Assembly: GCA_040954595.2 (NCBI GenBank)
Contig: CM082583.2
Coordinates: forward strand, 218,542 to 282,541
Length of the DNA stretch: 64,000 bases
Reading direction: 5' to 3'
Origin: Balanoglossus misakiensis
Lineage: Eukaryota > Animalia > Hemichordata
Part shown: positions 49,980 through 63,678 of the stretch, in pieces
Position numbering within the stretch: the stretch's first letter is position 1
Layout: each line of letters begins with the position of its first letter
Position numbers and translations under genes: made by a program
The notes under the pieces: generated by a model
The model's input: only the letters and a program-made list of their open reading frames with translations
What the model was told of the DNA's origin: nothing
The model's database searches: none

Positions 49980-52900
49980 CGTGTGAACTTCTACTCTCTA
50001 CATGGAATGTCCGCTCAGCTGGATGCAAATCATTAGACATTGCAGACTACATCACAGATAAAGACATTGATATTCTTGTACTCACTGAAACATGGTTCAA
50101 GGAATCTGGTGACGAACACGTAATGGCTGAATGCACACCACCAGGCTATGCTGTCAAACATCTACCTGGGGTTGGCAAGATCGGTGGAGGCTTAGCTTAA
50201 ATTCATAAGCTAGCACTAAAATTAACAGCTTGGAAGCCTATTCTCTCTGTTAAACCCCGGTGCGGAAAGTCCTGGGGTTCGGATTAACGTGTGTTTGTAT
50301 AGTTGTTTATTTGGGAGTGGTCGTCGTGCATAATGACTGTGTAATGGCTCTCATGTACACAGAAAATAATTGAACACTTCACACTTCCACGCGATTGACA
50401 ACTGTTTCAATGGCGTGGTTATTGTTTCCCAGGGACGCTTCTGAAAAGCACTGAAACCAGATTTCTCCCAAAATCATCGTTGTTTCATAAGCTCGTGTAC
50501 TTTTTCGTCGATAACTGTATGTTGTGTGTGTTTATAAAGCCAACTACTGTCGTTGTGTGGTGTAATTCTTTATGATTGGACCTGTTTGGGCCGATTTTCA
50601 TAGAGCCAAGATCGTTGGTGTTGTCTGTTGTCAGGCAAACGGCATTAAGATTCGCCACTGATTTGGGGGGTCTTTTATACGCCGCACCGGGGTTTAAATC
50701 TTTTGTGGCAGCGGAAGCAACTATTCTTCACCAGAAACTTTCCATGAAAATAATTCTTGTCTTCCGTCCACCACCATCAGTTAAGAATAAGTTCACTGCA
50801 CCACAGTTCATGGAAGAGTTCAGTACAACACTTGAGAAGTATGTCACCTGCTCAAGTAATCTATTCATCGTAGGAGATTTCAATATTCACCTAGAAGATG
50901 ATAAGAATCCAGTAACACAGAAATTCAATGGAATCATCAGCGCCTGTAATCTGAAACAATGGGTCCAACAACCAACACACAGAAAGGGTCATACTCTTGA
51001 TCTCATTGTATCTAACTCTGCGTCTAACATCAAGAGTGTCTCTGTAGACTGCTTGGAACTCTCTGATCACAATCCTGTCAATGCAAAACTTGCTCTTCCG
51101 AAACCAACACACAGTAGACGTCAAATATCTTATCGTCGTATCTGCCATTTCAATTGATAGTTTCAGCCATGATCTCGACAAAATACATCACATGTCCTCG
51201 CCTCCAAACACTTGAGCCTCAGCCATATCAGCTTATAACCAACACGTCAGTGAAGTTCTTCAAGCCAACGCACCACTTCAAAAGCGTACAGTGATCATAC
51301 GTCCAGGTACCAAATGGTATACTCATGAAATCGACATTGCAAAAAAGAATAGACGGAAGGCTGAACATCTGTGGCGAAAAACTAAGCTGGAGATTCATCG
51401 TCAGATATATCAACATGAGTGCAGAAATGTCAGTCACTTAATCAGAGCTACCAAAAAGTCATACTTCTCACATCTAATTGAGGAAAAGTATGGTAACCAG
51501 AAGTCACTATTTCAAATCATATCAACCCTGGCTGGCAAGCAACAAGAAAAGACTCTACCTGACCACACTGCTAAAATAGACTTAGCAGAGACATTCAGTA
51601 AATATTTCATCACTAAAATCATGTCTATCCGTTCCAGCCACGACATGGTAAACCCTACTTCAAAAGATTACCAATTTCTGCACCCAGCAGTCTCATCAAC
51701 ACTTCCTGAATTCCACACAGCTAAAGACGAAGAAATCAGCACAGTTATCTCTGGCTCTCCATCTAAAACATGTGTACTTGATCCCATCCCTACAGCACTT
51801 GTTAAGCAATGTCTTGGTAATCTGCTCACTATCATAGCCACAATTATCAATTTGTCACTCAAAACTGGAACTGTTCCTGAATAACTTAAAATAGCAGTCA
51901 TCACACCAATATACTCAAGAAACCTTCGCTCGACAAAAACATTTTCAAGAACTATAGACCTGTTTCAAACCTAACCGTCCAGTCAAAAGTAATCGGGAAG
52001 ATTGTAGCACAACAATTGACATCATATTTGACTACCAACTCACTACAAGAACCACTGCAGTCAGCGTACCGAAAGGATCACAGTACCGAAACAGCACTTA
52101 CTAAAGTCAACAACGATATTTGTATGGCACTGGATGCAGGTAAATATGTACTCATGGTTCTCCTCGATCTCTCCTCTGTGTTTGATACCATAGATCACGA
52201 CATACTCATCTCAAGGTTATCAAAACTGGGCATCACCAACATCCCACTACAATGGTTCTCATCATATCTTAAGGACAGACAGCAGTTTGTATGGCACAAT
52301 GTCAGAACCCCAATATCTACAATATGGAGTACCACACGGTTCAGTGCTTGGACCACTTTTGTTCTGCAGCTACATCCAACCCCTTGCTCAACTTATTTGT
52401 CACCACAAAGTCAATTTTCACCAATATGCCGATGACAACCAACTATACCAATATTTCTTCCAGTTAGACACCATAAGTACATTATACATTAGACAAGATG
52501 GAAAGGGCAGTTCACGAAATAAAAACCTGGATTACACATAATAAACCTCAACTCAATGGTGGCAAAACCGAAGTACTCCTGACAAGGTCTCAGTTCAACC
52601 GCTCGCCTCGTCCCATAAACCACATGAGCATTGGATCATGTTGTGAATTGTGAATTCTGCACGGAATATAGGTGTGACATTCGACGACAATTACACTTTC
52701 AATAAGCACATTAACGCAATTTGCAAGTCAATTTTCTTCCATCTGCGTCAAATCAGCCACATTCGCCGTTACCTCACTAAGTAAGTTTGCCAGATGCTGG
52801 TTCATGCTCTAATCACATCAAAACTGGACTACTGTAATGCAATACTCTGTGGTTTACCATCATCATGCATTCAACCGCTACAGCATGCACTGAATTCTGC

Positions 52901-53352
52901 AGCCAGGATCGTTTCTCGTACCCGTAAAACGGATCATATTACTCCTGTTCTCATGGATTTACATTGGTTGCCTGTACACTATAGAATCCAATACAAGATC
53001 TTGCTTATGACATATAAGGCATTAAACAACACAGCACCAACTTACATCTCTGACTTAATCCATCTGAAAACTTCAACAAGACTTCTTCGTTCAAATGACA
53101 AATTTCTACTTCATGTACCATGGAGTAAGAAGAAAACGTACAGCGATCGTGTTTTTTCGTATATCGCCCCACTCATTTGGAACAGTGTCCCAATAGAGGT
53201 ATGCTAGTCACCTAGCCTTGACAGTTTCAAGAAACACATCAAGACTTATCTGTTTAACAGAGCCTATTAACAGTAACTTTACATTGTAAAGCACTATTGA
53301 ACACTATTTCAGTGGAGTTTGGTGCTCTATAAGTCCTTTTGATTGATTGATG
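49980..53352 (+). mobile_element. Degenerate near-full L2-group LINE ORF2 (APE endonuclease + RT)
   Basis: [75 protein letters not shown] motifs. Multiple stops and frameshifts; (gatt)n tail. Confidence 0.93.
50254..50693. mobile_element. TTAA-targeting MITE (piggyBac/Kolobok type) inside the LINE
   Basis: ttaa-accccggtgcgg...ccgcaccggggt-ttaa. Confidence 0.85.
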
Positions 53353-55493
53353 AACAGTTTACCACCTTAGCTAAACACATAAACAGATCACCGATACGTC
53401 CGAATAGCGCGTGTATGAGGGCTTGGCTAACTTGTGACCTCAGTAACGATCATGTGAAAATGTCCATTTTGTTTGGTCGGGCATTGATTCTTGTCGGCAA
53501 AAACTGCCATAGGAAATTATAAACTTAAGTCAAATTGCTGAAACAATAAATAATAGTCCATGTGTCTTGATACTTCAGATCATGCATCGGTTCGACTCTG
53601 TCTGTAGTCGGCTACCCAAATTTATTGGGAAGTTCGGCCTTTTACACATTAATACGTGTGGTTTTCGATCATATCCTACCGGTCTTATTGGTTGACATTA
53701 ATTTGGCAGTGTGCTATAAGCATATTACATCCTACATCAAACCAAAATAAAGCTTGTGATACTTTGACCATCAGTTTTTGTTTACTTTTAGTCGCTAGTG
53801 AAATTCAAGCTCAGTAATAACTTTACAACTAACTTATTAGGGGCCCAAGCCCCTATGGGCGGGGCCGCTATTGTTATTACTGGGGTTTTTAGGGGCCCAA
53901 GCCCCTATGGGCGGGGCCCCTATTGGTATTGCTGGCATTTTTCTTCTTCTTGGGCACTTTCATCGGCCACTAGGATCTTGAAAACGGCTTAACCTACAAT
54001 TCTCAAACTTGGCACAATGATGCAGGCCAATGAGATCTGGTGCAGTACGTTTGTGAATGTTAAATTAGTCACGTGACCTGATGACCATATAAGGGCGAAA
54101 TTTTCAAATTGCTCTCATTTGCATAAAATATCACAAATCACAATTATTTTAAGATGCTTTGTGAACCATATTGCCATGGTCCTACATGCCAAATTTCATG
54201 GTCCTAGGGTATGCCAATTTTGAGAAGAAGATTTTTGATCATTATATTTCATATTTTTTCATTGACCATGGGGGGTCTGGACCAAGGCATAGGCTTTACT
54301 ATACCTGCATAGTAAAGCTATGACAACATCGTATTTAAATAATAACACATGTTAGCGAGGGCAATATCATGATCTTTGGCCTGCACGAGGGATGGTGATC
54401 TCTGACCATAATAATATTGATGATGCCCGAGCCACAGGAAAGGGCATCATCAGTATTATGGTCAGAGATCACCAGGGTTAGGGTTATGTGTTATTAATTT
54501 TATTATACCGAACATTTGACCATACACAGCATAGAGGGTTGCGTCCATTTCGTACGATGCAGGTTGCAGTGAACTAAAATATCTCGCTGTACAGTGTACC
54601 TACTTCGAACTCAGATAAACCGCGATGTTGGTTGCGGCTTTGGTGTATTTGCTGTCCATTTGCGGTAAAATATCGTCCAGTTAAACAGGTGTTAATCCTG
54701 TGTGTCGCTTTGAAGCCATATATGCGGGAGTTGACTGATCGTGAAGGAAGCCATTGAACGACAGTTTGTTATGCGCAGAAAAGATGCGCAGAACCTAAAA
54801 CCTGTTCTCAGCCGGCAATATACTCTCAGCGCACGCGTATCTCCGGCCCGTAGCCCCTACCTACGGGCCAAAGACTCTGTCAACCATGCAATATCACGTT
54901 TTTTTCTATGTCACGTGGTACGGTTTCAGCCAATCAAGACTACAGAATACAGAGTGAGGTGTAATAATCAAGTATTAAGGACCCAATGAACAAACCTTAA
55001 ACTTGGCACAGTGGATGGGGCAATGAGTGGACATGTACCTAACCTGTGAATGTATAATTAGTCACGTGACATGATGACAATATAAGGGCAAAATTTACAA
55101 ATAAACTATACAACACCATATTCAAGCATGAAGGACTCAATGTACAAATTTTAACCATGGCACAGTGGACGGGGCCAATGAGGAGACACGTGCCTAATCC
55201 GTGAATATATAATTTGTCACGTGACATGATGACCATATAAGGGCCAAATTTACAAAAAGGCTATGACAACATCGTATTCAAGCATGAAGGACTCAATGTA
55301 GCAATCTCAAACTTGGCATTGTGGATGAGGCCGTGTGGATGTGACCCCAACAATTAATAGTTAATTAGTCATGTGACCTAGCCATAGGCCTATACCTGTA
55401 CAGTGAAGCTATCACATCTATTATGGCATTCTGGTCTATATTATAAAGGTCCTGGACAGCCAGTGTTCACTGCAGCTTGCCAGCGATCACCAT

Positions 55494-56340
55494 CAGTCCC
55501 TCTTCACTCCTTAAATGGAGACGTACTGCGCATGCTCAGAAATAAATTTGCATATCCCGCAAAGTTCGCAAGTGAGTATCATTCGCTGATTTGTTTACAC
55601 GTAGACTTCGGTGATTTTCGACCCTATGGAGCGGCAACTTCGGAAAATTTCGAAGTGTGACGTTACCAGCACATTCCAGAAGACAGCATGGCATCGTCTG
55701 TACAAGTTGAGTGAAATACTTAGAAAGATATCGCCACATACAGTGACCGATCTGCCTGGGCTGCGTTCATGTTTTTCTCTTGAAATCATGGACAGTGTTA
55801 TACACCTCTGTATCAATGCTGTTTTAGTGACTTTTTCACACCCGTTCTTTTTGTTTTGAGTGAATAGGATACTCAACTAACTACTGCTGGACAATGGGTG
55901 TGAGTTTCATGGCTCTCACATGATGGGGTAATTTGGGGTAACATTTTGAAAATACCATGTCATTTTCAGAATGCGGTTACCGTGTATGTACATGTGAACA
56001 GTAATACATGTACATCTGTAGGTCGGAAATTTAGATCGGGTATACATGTCTGCAGCATCTAACACTCAAACTGCAATATTGTCAAACATGTGTATTGTAC
56101 ACGATATACTACATGTAGTAATTCTATTAGATTTAGTCTGCATTGGTCAATATAATATACGGAAACTAAATATGTCGATCGGATTTGATCTTTCACAGGT
56201 CCAGCTGTGGTTGCGCAGAACACGTCTCCATTTATGGAGTGAACAGGGACTGCTGTATGCATGTGCACATCTGATTCACGAGGTTACACGTACTGCGGTT
56301 GCGCAGAACACGTCTCCATTTATGGAGTGAACAGGGACTG
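55494..56340. mobile_element. Non-autonomous DNA transposon, ~30-bp TIRs, 5-bp TSD
   Basis: cagtccctcttcactccttaaatggagacgt ... acgtctccatttatggagtgaacagggactg; accat on both sides. The left end is deleted in copies A and B. Confidence 0.65.
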
Positions 56341-57448
56341 ACCATGGGGCCGAAATGAGAAGCCAAATTTCGGGTGACCCCTTGACCTTTGACCCACCTT
56401 GAAAAACACATATCTACTTCTACGCTAACTAATACACCTAGGGAGCTGATTTTGGTGGACAGGTACAACTATTGGACCAAATCATTTCGCCGCAATGTCA
56501 TGGACCTTGGTGACCGTTGAACTATATATAACATAAATGCTCATAAGTACGTAACTATTAGACCGACAGACTTCATATTTGGTGGGATGAAGCATACACA
56601 TGTACTTGTTACCCCTTGACCTTTGACCTAATTAATTATGTGCATACCTAATTCTAGGCTTACTAATAGGCTAGATGTTTTGTTTCGGTTGGACATGGAC
56701 AAGTGTGGGGTCCAATTTTTTCCATAAAATTTTGGGTGACCTCAGGTGATCTACTTTCTCATATCTCGGCCTCCAGAGCAGGTACAGCCTTAGCATTTCG
56801 AGGGATGGGACTAAAATGAAAAGCCGAATTTTGAGGTCACCTGTACAACTGCTTAACTCATTAATTATGTGTATACCTAATTCCAGGCGAACCAATAGGG
56901 CTGAAGGTTTGGTTTCTGATGGACCTGGACCAGTATGGGGTCAAAAATTTTTGCCCAAATTTCGGGTGACCTCAGATGACCATTTTGGCTTGCAGCTATA
57001 TTTTAACCCTAATGCTACTAGGTGTCATACCTGTTTAGAGTGTCAAGTCCCTTAAAATATGTGTTTGCCATTTTTTCTTCCTAAACGTATTTTGACTGTC
57101 TTGCCATGGCTCTCATATACACACTTGGCAGTCTAAGCCCCCTTAAATGTACTAAATCGTACTGGTTTGCCTGGTTTGGTTTGAGGGTCTAGTATAGGCC
57201 CTACTGCGTAACACGCCCTTGGCAGCCTAACAGGCCTGGGAGCCAGGATTCTAGGCACCCTGGATATCAAACTGACTTGGCAGTGTTATAGGGTTAAAAC
57301 TATGTATAATCACATACTAGATGTTTGAAAAATGGCAATGTCTTCTCTAAAGGTTATCCATCCAAAGGGATCTGACAAGGGTGTCCCCTTCATTTTTTGT
57401 TTGTCATAGCAATTTTCGCGACTATTATATTACATTTAGGGTTGACTA

Positions 57449-58290
57449 TCTGATCTAGACAAACTAGCAGCGTGGGCCAACAAATGGAAAATGTCTTTTC
57501 ATCCACACAAATGCTCTGTTCTGTCAGTAACAAGGAAACGTTCAATGATAATTAACCAGTACAGTTTAAACGGGAAGATAATCAAACACAGCTCATCCGA
57601 AAAGTATCTAGGGTGCACACTGACAGCTGATCTTGATTGGCACCAACATATTACTTTAATATGCAACAAAGCAAACAAAACACTTGGTTTCCTCCGTAGA
57701 AATCTCAACATAGGATCAACATCGGTGAAAGAGAAGGCATACACAACACTTGTAAGACCACTAGTTGAATACGCCTCCACTGTTTGGGACCCATATGAAC
57801 AGACTGACATAGCTTTGTTAGAAAAACACAAAGACGCGCTGCACACTACGTGACTGGCAGATTTCGAAATCGCTCTAGTGTTGACAACATGATAAATACC
57901 TTACATTGGACATCATTAGAACAACGTAGAAAAGAAGCCAGACTATCGATGCCATATAAAATTTCAACAGGAACTGTTGCTATGAACAATCTTCAGCATC
58001 TCCAACCCCCGCTAAGACTCACTAGACACATGCATATAGTAAAAGTTATAAAATTCCCAAATTCAAAACAGACTACATAAAATATTCCTTCTTTCCAAGA
58101 ACAATCAAAGACTGGAATAGTATACCACCAGACATCATATCTGCAGGGTCACACGAATCCTTCAAATCTTCTTTGGCACTATACTTCACCAAACCAGAAA
58201 ACTGACATTTTTGATGTCCTCTACTAGGGTGCACTCACTGGCAAAGCCTTCAATATGTTGAAGTTGGCCAGTAAGGTAGATAGATAGATA
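57449..58290 (+). mobile_element. 5'-truncated CR1-group LINE (copy C)
   Basis: Paralogue of 4591-5433, same TSD gacta. Confidence 0.92.
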
Positions 58291-58506
58291 GACTAAAAGA
58301 TAAATGGTGTCTACGATTCCAAACACATAAAAATTACACCAGTTGTGGATGACACAACATTATTTTATTTGATGAGAGTAGTGTTCATCATGCCATTAAT
58401 ATTGTCAAAAAATGTGTTAGTTTTAGAAACCCAACTAAATACACGAAAAGTTGGGCTTTAGATTGGTTAACTGAAAATCAGGCTGATTGCAATTTTTCGG
58501 AATTAA

Positions 58507-59491
58507 GGTAGTTGGAAAGGCTATTTTTGAAGCAAATTCTCTCAATGTTTGTGAATTTATTTTCACAAGTTAGAATAAAGATAATGACTTGAAATTTGCA
58601 GCATGTGTTCTTAACAAACTAAAAAGTGAGGGAAAAATATGACTGTAAAAATATCTGCTAAAATTATGAAATTTGATACGCCTAAATATAAATATTCATA
58701 ATTTTACAAAATATTGATTGAATCTTGGCATGTTTTCACAAATTATTGAATAATTTGTATTCATTTTAATATGAAGCAACCCCTCCAGCAATGTATGGGA
58801 CACTTTCAGCAAAAACTTATTTTTTTCAAAGTTATCACTCAGGAAAACACAGTTTTTGTTGATATTTTGTATACAACTTTAACGTGCTGCCAAAACACAA
58901 CGGGAAAACTTATGAAAAACTGTCCCGTAAAATTGTTCTTTGGGATGTCCCGAGCCTTTCCTGAAAGTTTCATGATAAAAAAAATATCTGGCATACCTAT
59001 TCAATCACAAATAAAAACCATTACATTATGGCGAAGGGCAGAAAAGTAGCGAAATACGCAAAGTTTAGCGGCAGTTCACGGCGAAGGATCGCATTTATCT
59101 GGGTCAAACGCTTTTCCGCTGGCTTTTCGGGTTCCCTAGAAATGCAAAAATGTCCATAATTTGGCAGCCTTTAATAAACAAGCAAGGTTATCTATCATTG
59201 AAAATTGCAAGAATCAGTGTTTGCAAGTTACATTTAAATGCCCTTGGCTAGGGGAACCCGTCCTTGTGCGCATAGCCTAGGAGAAGTCTTCCCCTAGAGG
59301 GCGCTCAAATAAGGCTCCCTAGCTTCCTTGCCAGATGAATGAAATTAGGTATCATAAAACCAGCCATATCTTGTTACACGTTTATTGCCCCGAATTTTTT
59401 ATGAGTTTAATTTTTCTCTAATACATTTCTAGATATAAATTCAGTGTTTTTAAATGAAATTTTAACTGACGCCCTAGCCTTTCCAACTACC
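58507..59491. mobile_element. Kolobok-like non-autonomous DNA transposon
   Basis: ttaa-ggtagttggaaaggcta...tagcctttccaactacc-ttaa. Single ttaa at empty sites ~5646 and ~30035. Confidence 0.9.
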
Positions 59492-59566
59492 TTAAGTGGC
59501 CCGATGCTCCCAACAAGTCACTTGGAATGTACTTTCATTCTAATAATTTATTAGCATGGAGTAATC

Positions 59567-60325
59567 TTATTTTTTACCATAAGGGTGGAACCATGATTCA
59601 TTCTCAAGAGGGGTCTGGTACCAATATTCATAATGGTCTTCGATACCGGCAGGCATGTATAGCCTATGGCTACGCCCAGCATGAGGTGGTGATTCATACT
59701 GTTGGTTGTATGGACTAGCTGGGTTCGGTGTGGGCCTCCTTGAATATGGGGGTGCAGGTGGCGTAAAATATCTGGTAAACCCTTCCAGTTCATATTGATG
59801 GAACGTCCCTGCAAACTCTCCAGGATAATGGTTCTGATCGCATCCCCTCTGTACTGCACGTGGCAAAATTGTCGAAATTGTCCCTATCCCATGCCTCCCC
59901 ATAACTGAAAACATCCTGTCCCCAAGGCCCTCCTTCACCCAGACTTGGATCATACCTTGATCGGAAAGTGAGTCTGGGCATGGGTTCAAGGGCATCATTT
60001 TCCCAACACCAATAAGAAAGTGTGGGTTGAATCCCCTCCTTCCCACGAATGCTATGTGATCTGTTGTTGTCATATTCGCCTGCCCTAGGACAAGGAGGGC
60101 AACTTCTTTTGGCATTTACCCCCATGGCTCCTATTGTTACCACTCATAAAACTGTCTGATGAATAGTCAGTACGGGGGAATTTTCCGTTTTTGTGTCATA
60201 CACAACTTTTTTATGAAAATCTGGTGTCAACCTAAGGTGGGGCATGTCCCGGGGGCACATCTTTCAACATGCCAGGTGTAACCTTACCAAATTTGTTTCT
60301 AAGGGCTACCTTTTCCCTTACCCCT
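59567..60325 (-). pseudogene. Unidentified decayed coding segment (copy C)
   Basis: Paralogue of 5721-6480. Confidence 0.45.
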
Positions 60326-60740
60326 GGTTAGTTCTCAGGGTCCTAGTGTCACATGTATTGATATACACTTTGTGATTGGAGGTCATCCTGATCGAATCGA
60401 AGGTGGCTCGCCAATCAACTCAAGAATTAAAGGGACAAAGTCTCTCTCTCGCTGCCATTTTCCCATTAATTATGTTTGTTATCACATGAACTGGCCCGTA
60501 TAGCTACATGTATACTATTATACATGTTACAGAAGATTAAACAGAATTTTTGATAAGGAAAGTTTGAGCAGACTAGTCCATTCAATGTAAAAATAGCGTC
60601 AAGGTCACTGTGGTCCCATTTGAGGATTATGCGGAAACAGTGACACACCATAATAAAAATTACAGGTGACATTGCAAGTGGATATGATCTTACGATATAG
60701 AAATATGGAATGTAAAAAAATTAAGATATGGTAAAGTAGG

Positions 60741-61436
60741 CCAAAATGACAGCGCCCTCTATTGGCCAGAAACAGACATTCACACTTTCCCCCCATTAAT
60801 GGCACTTTTTGGTCATTTGTAACACTCAGAAACAGGAATGTGGGTTGTAAAACATGCTTGCTACCATACATTCATGTGTATATTATCCTAATCCTGATAT
60901 ACATGTATCAGATCAATCTTGATTACATCTTCCTTCACAGTAACAATGTCCACTGCTGTCAGACTAGACCTAAAGCACCTACAGAAACATGTGCATGACT
61001 TTTGGCCACTGATTTCCTGAGGTTGACTCTTTTCTTGGGCTTGACTAAGAGTTGTCCAACTTGATTTCCACTGGGATTCTGTTGGTTTGATATAGCTTTG
61101 CTAGGTTTCTCACAGCACGTGTTCTTTAGGAGCTGCCTGTATTCTCGAGAACCCTTGAATTTCTGGAGAAGAGGTGTTGTATTACCCCTTTGCATGACTT
61201 TGTGTATTGAACTGGTTGTTATTTCGAAGAACAAATTGTTCAATTAGTAACATACAAGATTGATCTGATGCATGTACATCAGGATTAGGATAATATTCAA
61301 AGGGATGTATGGCAGCAAGCATGTTTTACAACCCACATTCCTGTCTCTGAGTGTTAAACTTGCCCAAAAAGTGTCATTAATGGGGGGAAAAGTGTAAATG
61401 TCAGTTTCTAGCCACTAGAGGGCGCTGTCTTTTGGG
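60741..61436. repeat. ~180-bp imperfect inverted repeats around a ~330-bp coding-like spacer
   Basis: 60741-60921 is approximately the reverse complement of 61255-61436. Confidence 0.8.
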
Positions 61437-62977
61437 ATCCATATTGGAAAATGTCCGCCATGGGTCAATGAATAATTGTACCAAATTTCATGCTTTTAAC
61501 CCAAAGTGCACAATTTTTAAGTATGAATGTCTGTTTCTGGCCACTAGAGGGCGCTGTCATTTTGGATCCATATCAGAAAATGGCCGCCATGGGTCAATGC
61601 ATAAGTGTACCAAGTTTTATGCTTTTAACCCAAAGTGCACAATTATGCCAAAATGTGGGGTTAAGCTCCTGCACTATATTACATATATTGTTCCCCATTA
61701 GGTACTCTGTTTACTGTTGACAGTTTATCGTTCAATGGTGCATTCTGATAATTTATTATGTAATGCTCTACATAAAAAAATTAATGTTCTTGAAACCAAA
61801 ACCACATAATTATACAGCATAACTCTCACCTTTCCAAAAGCTCCCACATAATCATTGTATTTCTGGCTGCCAACATTAAATTATGATGATTTCAAGGGAA
61901 AATTATCAGCTACCATATTGTTCAGACAACCTCTGAAATATATTTTTTGTGAATAGAATTTTATTAAAGGTCCCAATGATACATGTATATATATACAAAT
62001 ACCAAATGGTACCTGTAAAAATGTGATCATATTTTATCCATTTATCCTCTAAATTCACGGCCTTGTATTTCACTAAACTAGATATGGATTTCAATAACAT
62101 GTTATGATGTACTAAGTCAAGAATCCTAAGAAATGACAATACTTTTTAACTGAAATGACTCTATATCCTTAAGATGGGGCACCCATATCATTTTACCCAT
62201 TGCTATGGGTCGCTTTGGGACATTACACCCAGATTTGGACTAGTCTAAGAAGGGGCTGGTACCTAGTTGAAAATCTGCACAATTGTGAGCGCGTGCCCCC
62301 TGAAGCCATTCATATGAAAATTAGCTAACTCAAATTTCAAAATCCTACCACTTTTCAGTCTGTGACGTCAAATACAAAATTGATTACATATTTGTTAGGT
62401 GCTCGAACCAGAGAAGACCGTGAAGGAATTTGTTTTCGAATATGGTTGTTGTATCTGTGGATTTCAGCATACATATACCACCCCTGAACAAGTCACCGAT
62501 TTTGGGTGTTTTTGGACGCACTCTTCCATCGGTATCGCTCTTAGTGCGTTGATAACCGCTAAATCGATCCTTCACGCTATGCGGAAGTGTGTTCTCTGTG
62601 AACAGGTGAAATCGGACTAGCGTACGTGGCCTGTACAAAATGTCTTAGGGATTTTTTTTACGATACTAAATCCAGTGTACAAAATCAGTGGAATTTTAGT
62701 GTTTGATCCAGTTACTGTGGTTACAGGATACTCACGCTGGCGCTGACCATTGCTTTGCCGTACTAGCATGGTGGCCTATGGCCGGTTGGTAGCTCCCGTA
62801 TCCATACTTGGATACGGGGTGTGCACACAATCGTACATATTTTAACTACAGTAACAAGCCCCTTGATGGACGTTCATAGTGGTTTTGTTCAAAAGCGAGT
62901 CAACTCTCCTGTAAAGGCCCACAGCAATGGCCAAAAGATACAGGTGCCTCATCTTAACACCTGAAATATGTACTCAC

Positions 62978-63135
62978 TGTAGCTGTGCAAGTTCTGGCTG
63001 TGGTAACCTTGCAAAGAAGTAAAGAATATCCAAGACACGGCTTTTGAATGCCAGTGATGTGGCAGCATTTGACAGCTCAGCCAGGTACATTTCAAAAACT
63101 GGTTTGAAAGCCACATGTTTGGGATCCGAAGACAA
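62978..63135 (-). CDS. PRKDC: Isolated exon resembling DNA-dependent protein kinase catalytic subunit (middle HEAT region)
   Basis: Pyrimidine tract, cag acceptor and gtgagt donor. LSSDPKHVAFKPVFEMYLAELSNAATSLAFKSRVLDILYFFARLPQPELAQL resembles, from memory, human [40 protein letters not shown]. Confidence 0.6.
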
Positions 63136-63172
63136 CTGAGAACAAAGAATAGAAGAACACTTGATGCATTAA

Positions 63173-63585
63173 GGATGTACGTTCAGTAAAATTGAAAGTA
63201 TTGTCATTTTTTTTAATTGTGGATTTTTGGATTCTCCTTTGTATGTATAATGAAAATCCGTAATAAAATATAGGGGTAACCGCGCTTGTTTTTGAAATAA
63301 AGAGCCATGAATTTAGTCGATAATAGAAGAAAACTGCTGACTCAGCATTTTTCACCAATGGTTTGTCTATGGGCAAAATTTTTGACGCAATTTATCTAAA
63401 AATAGAGCGCGGTGACCCCTATATTTTATTTGACCAATGAATTTATATTTGCTGGACTGAGCTATGTGTAAAATTTCGTGAAAATGACAATAGTAGAAGT
63501 TTGTTTTCTAGCAATTTTCAATGTAATCCTATGCGAAAAAGACCGGGCGCGCACTGTTTCCGGTTTATGTTCTGCGCGTACATCC
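63173..63585. mobile_element. Independent inverted copy of the 324-752 TTAA MITE
   Basis: ttaa-ggatgtacg...cgtacatcc; reverse complement of 324-752 with different flanks. Confidence 0.85.
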
Positions 63586-63678
63586 TGAAAAATATCAATC
63601 AAAATTAAAGCTGTTGTGTCACAAAAATGATTCTTTTTACTTTAATTCAAAGAAGTATAAGGTAAAAACTCCTTTTAT

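Larger units (their letters stand above)
47921..60730. repeat. Tandem segmental duplication unit, copy C (partial)
   Basis: Collinear with 1-~6660. At ~60505 it jumps to sequence matching ~32490, and homology is lost at ~60730. Confidence 0.93.

Noticed and set aside
1-60730. Simple assembly duplication artefact
   Set aside because: The three copies differ by many SNPs, private TE insertions with proper TSDs, and deletions. A haplotype mis-join cannot be fully excluded without reads.
62795-62818. Hairpin cccgtatcca-tact-tggatacggg as a Helitron 3' end or terminator
   Set aside because: There is no CTRR at the expected short distance on either strand and no U-tract. Left unassigned.
62860-62960. 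Next exon after the PRKDC-like exon
   Set aside because: Only ~17 bp separate donor and putative acceptor, and the peptide does not resemble PRKDC.
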